From a bacterium (GTDB lineage Bacteria; Zhuqueibacterota; Zhuqueibacteria; Residuimicrobiales; Krinioviventaceae): DNA of 64,000 nucleotides. Position 1 is the stretch's first letter; each line of letters opens with the position of its first letter. The notes below the pieces were generated by a model that was not told where the DNA came from, did no database searches, and was given only the letters and a program-made list of their open reading frames with translations. The stretch lies in assembly GCA_963674595.2 (NCBI GenBank), contig CAXXFV010000008.1, forward strand, positions 320,001 to 384,000, in the 5' to 3' direction. Below, in pieces: positions 58,481 to 64,000 of this stretch. The translations under genes were made by a program, and so were the position numbers.

Positions 58481-59116
58481 ATGCCAAAAAGAATACCCCA
58501 TAGTGATAATAAAGTAATATCCGGTGAAAAAACAACCCGGAATTACCTGGAAATGCAGAAAAAATTCGGCAAGTTTTATTTTAAGGATTTTTTGGCAAAA
58601 TTTGATAAACTTTCTAAAGGCGGCAGATTTTTAGAGATTGGACCCGGTCCCGGGTATCAAACTGCTGTGATAGCAGAAAGATACAAACCTGATGAAATTA
58701 CAGGATTGGAATATTCAACGGACATGATAAATGTTGCAGAAGAGTATATCCTTAAAAAAGGAATGTATAATAAAGTTAAATTTATAAACGGAGCGGTTGA
58801 AAACACCCAACTTATAAAAAGACTCGGTAAATTTGATGTTGTATATTCAACATTTTCATTACATCATTGGACTGATCCTTTATTAGGCATTCAAAATCTT
58901 TTCAATTGTTTGAATGAAAAAGGTGTGTTATACCTTTATGATTTTCACAGAGGTGGAATTTTTTATTATTTAAAGATCAAACGGGGTGTTTGGGAGTCGA
59001 TAAGAGCATCATATACAATTGAAGAAATTGAAAATATATTAAAAAAATTGAATATTCAGTCTTATGAATTGGAAAGAAAAGGTTTGTATAAAAGTTGTAT
59101 CGTAAAAAGATCATGA
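58481..59116 (+). CDS. Class I SAM-dependent methyltransferase
   Basis: LEIGPGPG, FDVVYSTFSLHHW. Confidence 0.9.
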   Translation: MPKRIPHSDNKVISGEKTTRNYLEMQKKFGKFYFKDFLAKFDKLSKGGRFLEIGPGPGYQTAVIAERYKPDEITGLEYSTDMINVAEEYILKKGMYNKVKFINGAVENTQLIKRLGKFDVVYSTFSLHHWTDPLLGIQNLFNCLNEKGVLYLYDFHRGGIFYYLKIKRGVWESIRASYTIEEIENILKKLNIQSYELERKGLYKSCIVKRS

Positions 59117-59273
59117 TTTAGGCTTACAGATATTAAAGCCGGACTTTTTCATTTCACTCATTATATAAAAATTAAAAGCGACGGGTATTGGTTTAAGAAA
59201 AGTTGTTGATATAAATTTGAATTATAATAATCCGATTTTTTTGAACCGGTTTAATTATTGTTAGGAGTTTATT

Positions 59274-61317
59274 ATGCGAAAATATCTTTTATTGATAATG
59301 TTTCTATTCTCTTCGGGTGTATTTGCCGAATCATTTGTAGAATATGTTGATCCGTTTATTGCAACGGCCGGTGATCATGGTCAATTGGACCCCTCGGCAA
59401 ATGTGCCTTTTGGTTATGTCAAACTCGGACCGGATACGGACCCGATAAACCATAGCGGCTATGATTATAATGCGAAAAAGATATGGGGTTTTTCCATTAA
59501 CAGAACAATAGGGACCGGTTGTGCAGGTGCCGGCGGTAACATACGCTTAAAACCATTTGTCGGTTCACCGTCTATAAAAAGTGAAGGATTTATAAAGAAC
59601 AGTGAAAAGGCCGCACCGGGGTATTATCGTGTGACCATGGATTCTCAAATTGATGTGGAATTAACAACAACAAACCAGGTCGGATGGCATCGCTATACCT
59701 ATCCGGTAAAGACGGATGCCGGGGTGTTGATCGATCTGACCGCCTCATTTGAGGAATTGCTTTCCTATGAATATCATATTGTAAACGCAAACGAAATTAA
59801 CGGTAAAATTCAGGCTGAAAACGTTTGCAGTAAAGGAATTTATACGATTTATTTTAATATTTATTGCGACCATGAGTTTAATAATTTAAAAAATAAAGAC
59901 GGCAAACTGATTTCATTCTTTCAAATGGATGATAATCCGGTAGTCAACATTCAGGTAACAGTCTCTTCAATTAGTCCGGAACAGGCAGCAAAGGACCGGA
60001 ATAGGGAAATTGCTGCAAAAACCTTTAAGCAGGTAAAAACGGATGCTGAAAAAGCCTGGGATAAAATACTGGGCCGGGTTAAGGTTTTTGGTAATAAAGA
60101 GTATAAAAAACTATTTTATACTTGTTTGTTTCGCATTTATCAAACACCGGTTAACACAACAAGTCCTTTCGGAAAATACCGTGGAACAGACGGAGAAATA
60201 TACGATGCAGAGGGCTATGTCCATTATGACTCCTGGTCAATTTGGGATACTTTTCGTACGAAATTTCCGCTTATTTCATTGCTGGAACCGGAGTACATGA
60301 GGGATTTTTTGTTTATCTCTGCTGGATTTGTATCGTACCGGTAAATATGCCTGGGCCGGGCCCTTTGAAACGGCTCCTACCGTCAGGACCGAGCATGCTG
60401 AAATAGTTCTGCTGGATGCTTATCAAAAAGGCATACCGTTTGATCTTGATAAGGTTTATGACTATGCTGTTCTGGAATCCGACAATCTGCCCTGGGTATC
60501 ACCGGATAACAAGCTGGAAAGCGCCTATGATTACTGGGCCTTATCGCAAATGGCTGAAATTTTGGGCAGAAAGGATGATGCTGATTATTATACCAGTCGT
60601 GCTCAGGAATATCGAAAAATATGGAATGAAAAATTTAAAACAATGGGCGAAAAATCCGATATTATGCATGGTGACGGATTGTATGAAGGGACCCTGTGGC
60701 AATACCGGTGGTTTGTTCCCTATGACGTTCCCGGCATCATCTCTCTGGTTGGGGGAAAACAACAATTTTTAACAGAGCTGGAATATTTTTTTGATAACCA
60801 TTTATATAATCACGGCAATCAACCTGATATTCAGGCGCCATACATGTTTAATGCCGCCGGTGCACCCTGGTTGACACAAAAATGGGTAAATGCTATTTTA
60901 ACAAAAGAGATGCCCAATTATTATGGTACCCATGAAAAATGGGAAAAGCCCTATGTAAACCGCATTTATAAAGCCGAACCTGCCGGTTTTATACCGGAAA
61001 TGGATGATGATGATGGCACCATGTCCGCCTGGTATGTTTGCAGCGCCATGGGTTTGTACCCATTATGTGTGGGAAAACCTGAATATCAAATATCAACACC
61101 GATTTTTGAAAAAATAGAGATCAATTTAGCGAATGGTAACACTTTTGTGATTGAGAGCAAGAACTTTTCAGATAAAAATATTTATATTCAAAAAGCTTTA
61201 TTAAATGATAAAGAATATAATAACTCTGCTCTTTTACATAAAGATATTTTAAAAGGTGGTAAGTTATTGCTTGAATGTAGTGAAACGCCAAACAAAGCAT
61301 GGGGAACCGGCAAGTAA
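59274..61317 (+). pseudogene. GH92 alpha-mannosidase-family protein, about 680 aa, one +1 frameshift at T6 (60305-60310), possibly a sequencing error
   Basis: Signal peptide, YVDPFI, PFG..LGPD, APGYY, WDTFR, YEG..WQY, HGNQP, DDD.GTMSAWY. Confidence 0.88.
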
Positions 61318-61339
61318 TACTTTCCATTAAATGAATTTT

Positions 61340-61371
61340 ATAGTGCCTGGTTTTAGAACATTAGGCACTAT
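61340..61371 (+). terminator. Probable intrinsic terminator after GH92
   Basis: ATAGTGCCT-N14-AGGCACTAT stem with AT/T-rich tail. Confidence 0.6.
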
Positions 61372-61398
61372 TAAATTTGTTCTTTATATATAATTCAT

Positions 61399-61427
61399 TT
61401 GCATTTTTTAGAATTATTTTCTATTAT
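61399..61427 (+). promoter_or_regulatory. Sigma70-type promoter
   Basis: TTGCAT-N17-TATTAT. Confidence 0.5.
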
Positions 61428-61712
61428 TCTATGTTAATGCAATGTAATAATAGCATAACGACTTGGGATAAGCCTGTTAATTGGGCGTTCAAGCCGTGTG
61501 GATGTGGTAGTGGAGTTGACGTGGCCCGGCAGTGATTATAGCATTTGATTTTTGCAGCAGTCTGGGGATGATGACTAGAATCTTCTAAAGGAAATAACAA
61601 AGGTATTGATTATGTTTATGTCATCAGTAGAAGGAGGTGCTTGGAATCCAATTTATAAAATGACTATAGTCTTAATTTTAAAAACATTTTATTACCAAAG
61701 ACGGGAGCAAGT

Positions 61713-64000
61713 ATGAAAAAAATACTTTATATATTATTCGCATTGTTTTCGATTGTATCTTTTGTTTATGCTGCGGGAGATGCAGGAAATGCCGTTGAAT
61801 TTAATCCGGCTGAAAACGATGTTATTAGGGTTGCAGGCCACAGTGAATTTAACAATTTGAATGATCAATATACTATAGAATTTTGGGTAAAATGCAGCGA
61901 TTTCAGCATTGACCGACGAATTATATACAGCGAAAATGCTTTGGATATTTTTGTTCAAACAACCGGTCAAATACAGTTTGCATCTAAAAGCGGTACAGGC
62001 GTATCCGTATCAAGTGATTCATCTCTGGTCGCCGACAGGTGGTACCATGTCGCTATTGTATGCGATGATGAAGATGTCACCATTTATCTTGACGGTGTAG
62101 CCAATGGAACCGATACCAGTGCAGATTATGAATTACCTGATTTTGATACATTTTATATCGGGAACAATTCTGTAGGAGACAGCGGTCTTGACGGTAGTTT
62201 GGATGACATAAGATTTTGGACAGTTAACCGAACCGCACAGCAAATTAGTGACAGCCTTGGTATGCCGCTGCCGGTACCGAATACCGACTTGTTATGTTAC
62301 TATGAATTTGAGGGTTTAACACAAGCGGTTGTTGATTCCAGTGGAAATGATTTGCATGGCGTTTTGGGAACCGATGCCACCGTCCAGGTTGTGGACCCGA
62401 CACGTGTTGAATCTTTTGCCAAAATAGGGTGGCAGCTTGTTACACCAAATTTGGGACCGTTAAATGCAGGTGATCCATTAATTGTAACCTGGGTTGCCGA
62501 CGGGAAACTGCCGAATGTGCATTTGTTAATGTCTTTTGATGCGGGTGTAACATGGGATTATTTGGCCTTTAATACACCAAACATTGGAATATACTCGACC
62601 TTTGTTCCGGGTATCGCGACCAATCAAGCGTTATTTAAAGTAATGGACCCGGCTGATGACACTATGTTTGATGTCAGTGACAATTTGATTACGATAAACA
62701 TACCTGTAACAGCCTGGAACCATGAATTAATTGTTGAGGCAGAAGATGGTGATATACATTATCACATGAAAAAAGGTGTTGAAGGTTTGGCCTTTAACAG
62801 CGGTTTTATTTATACAAATGCTAATGATGCCGGATATGCAGATATTGAAGTTGATGTTCCCGCTCCCGGAGGTCTTTATGTTATATGGGGACGTGTCTAT
62901 TCCGAAGGTGGAACACAAAACTCTTTCTTTGTCTCGGTTGATGGTAGCCCTGATTATATATGGGACCTGAATAAAAATTCGCAGTGGAACGGAGAATATC
63001 TAACCCACAGAGGGAACGCCTTACCTCCGTTTAATGCCGATATTGATCCGCTCTATTTTACTTTTACTCCCGGAATTCATACCATACGGGTAAAAGGACG
63101 TGAAAATTTTGCCAAGCTGGACAGATTCATTATTACAAATGATTTGTCTAAAACATACTATCGGACTGCCCCGGCAAAATGGATCAATTTGACATCACCG
63201 GCTGATCGTGATAGTGTTATAAAAGGTGAACCCTGGGAAATAACCTGGGAAACAAGCAGTGCAACCGGTAATGTTGTTCTGTTACTTTCCTATGACAAGG
63301 GAGTAACCTTTCCGGTAACGATTAGTGCAGAGACCCCTAACGACGGATCATATATCTGGGATGTCCCTTTTGTCGATCCCTCTGAAGCCACCGTTCGAAT
63401 TTATAAAAAGAACGGCGATTCAAAACCTGCGGACCAAAATTTTAGAAAATTTTTCTTAATTGATCCTCCTGAAAGAGTTATTGTTGAATCTCCAAACGGC
63501 GGTGAACAGTGGCAGGCCCTGTCTCAGCAAACCGTTGCCTGGGATTCAAAGACTTTTACCGGATTGGTCAATGTAGAATTTTCACCGGATAGCGGCGCCA
63601 CCTGGCAAACCATTGCCACCAACCAACCTGATTCCGGTTCGTTTAGCTGGCTGGTTCCTGATACACCGACAGAACTTGGCTTGATTCGTGTTGCTGATGT
63701 TACTGATGGTAATCCGGTAGACGTGAGTGACAGCCTTTTTACCATTTTAGCTGTTCCTGAAGTGGAAGATTATGCTTTGCAGTTTGACGGACTGAATGAT
63801 TTTGCAGAAGTGTTGAACCATCCGAGTTTAGTGCTTGTGGATTCCTTTGCCATTGAGTTTTGGTTTAAAACACCTTCACCAATCCAGGGCTGGACGCGTA
63901 TTATGGAAAAGGGCGCCTGGGATGAGTATTATATCGGTTTTTATGGCACTTTACCCAAAGTTTACGGTGGTTTGCGTGTCTTTGAAAACAATGCGAACCG
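61713..64000 (+). CDS. Large secreted LamG/ConA-like and Ig-like repeat protein, 3'-truncated by the window (at least 762 codons; absent from ORF track)
   Basis: GGAG RBS, MKKILYILFALFSIVSFVYA signal, YTIEFWVK..WYHVAIV..IYLDG..GSLDDIRFW, SPNGGE..W..DSGATW modules, second YALQFDG..IEFWFK domain. Confidence 0.88.
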   Translation, partial: MKKILYILFALFSIVSFVYAAGDAGNAVEFNPAENDVIRVAGHSEFNNLNDQYTIEFWVKCSDFSIDRRIIYSENALDIFVQTTGQIQFASKSGTGVSVSSDSSLVADRWYHVAIVCDDEDVTIYLDGVANGTDTSADYELPDFDTFYIGNNSVGDSGLDGSLDDIRFWTVNRTAQQISDSLGMPLPVPNTDLLCYYEFEGLTQAVVDSSGNDLHGVLGTDATVQVVDPTRVESFAKIGWQLVTPNLGPLNAGDPLIVTWVADGKLPNVHLLMSFDAGVTWDYLAFNTPNIGIYSTFVPGIATNQALFKVMDPADDTMFDVSDNLITINIPVTAWNHELIVEAEDGDIHYHMKKGVEGLAFNSGFIYTNANDAGYADIEVDVPAPGGLYVIWGRVYSEGGTQNSFFVSVDGSPDYIWDLNKNSQWNGEYLTHRGNALPPFNADIDPLYFTFTPGIHTIRVKGRENFAKLDRFIITNDLSKTYYRTAPAKWINLTSPADRDSVIKGEPWEITWETSSATGNVVLLLSYDKGVTFPVTISAETPNDGSYIWDVPFVDPSEATVRIYKKNGDSKPADQNFRKFFLIDPPERVIVESPNGGEQWQALSQQTVAWDSKTFTGLVNVEFSPDSGATWQTIATNQPDSGSFSWLVPDTPTELGLIRVADVTDGNPVDVSDSLFTILAVPEVEDYALQFDGLNDFAEVLNHPSLVLVDSFAIEFWFKTPSPIQGWTRIMEKGAWDEYYIGFYGTLPKVYGGLRVFENNAN

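Noticed and set aside
61460-61530. c-di-GMP-II riboswitch similarity (TTAATTGGGC..GTAGTG)
   Set aside because: The GGGCAC/GTGC pseudoknot, kink-turn and closing stem are absent; kept only as an unclassified leader.
1-64000. CRISPR arrays, rRNA and tRNA genes
   Set aside because: No regularly spaced repeats or recognisable rRNA/tRNA sequence seen by eye; a tRNAscan/Infernal run would be needed to exclude them fully.

Overview
Bacterial genomic window, AT-rich overall. PorV-like and NYPNPFNP/FlgD-type sorting-domain proteins suggest an FCB-superphylum host such as KSB1 or Calditrichota (inference). In order it holds: (i) membrane protein, bPH_2, CPBP and C45 peptidase genes; (ii) a TonB-dependent receptor / CTD protein / PorV-like / CTD protein operon with a long AT-rich upstream region; (iii) a very AT-rich island with a stand-alone HsdR-N-like nuclease gene and a membrane-anchored gene split by an IS3; (iv) a DUF4038 hydrolase plus sugar ABC cassette between two near-identical promoter-bearing direct repeats, with a third, diverged copy directly upstream of mrr; (v) a Wzm/Wzt surface-glycan cluster rich in GNAT/FemAB-like, deacetylase and radical SAM genes; (vi) a FucI-like isomerase, fused 3-epimerase-RpiB, DhaK and DhaL sugar pathway; (vii) redox genes, mrr, transport and housekeeping genes, and an E. 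coli-like topA; (viii) frameshifted GH31 and GH92 genes, an IS481-like element, and a large LamG protein that runs off the window and is absent from the ORF track. No rRNA, tRNA or CRISPR array was recognised. All family calls come from motif recognition by eye, not database searches.
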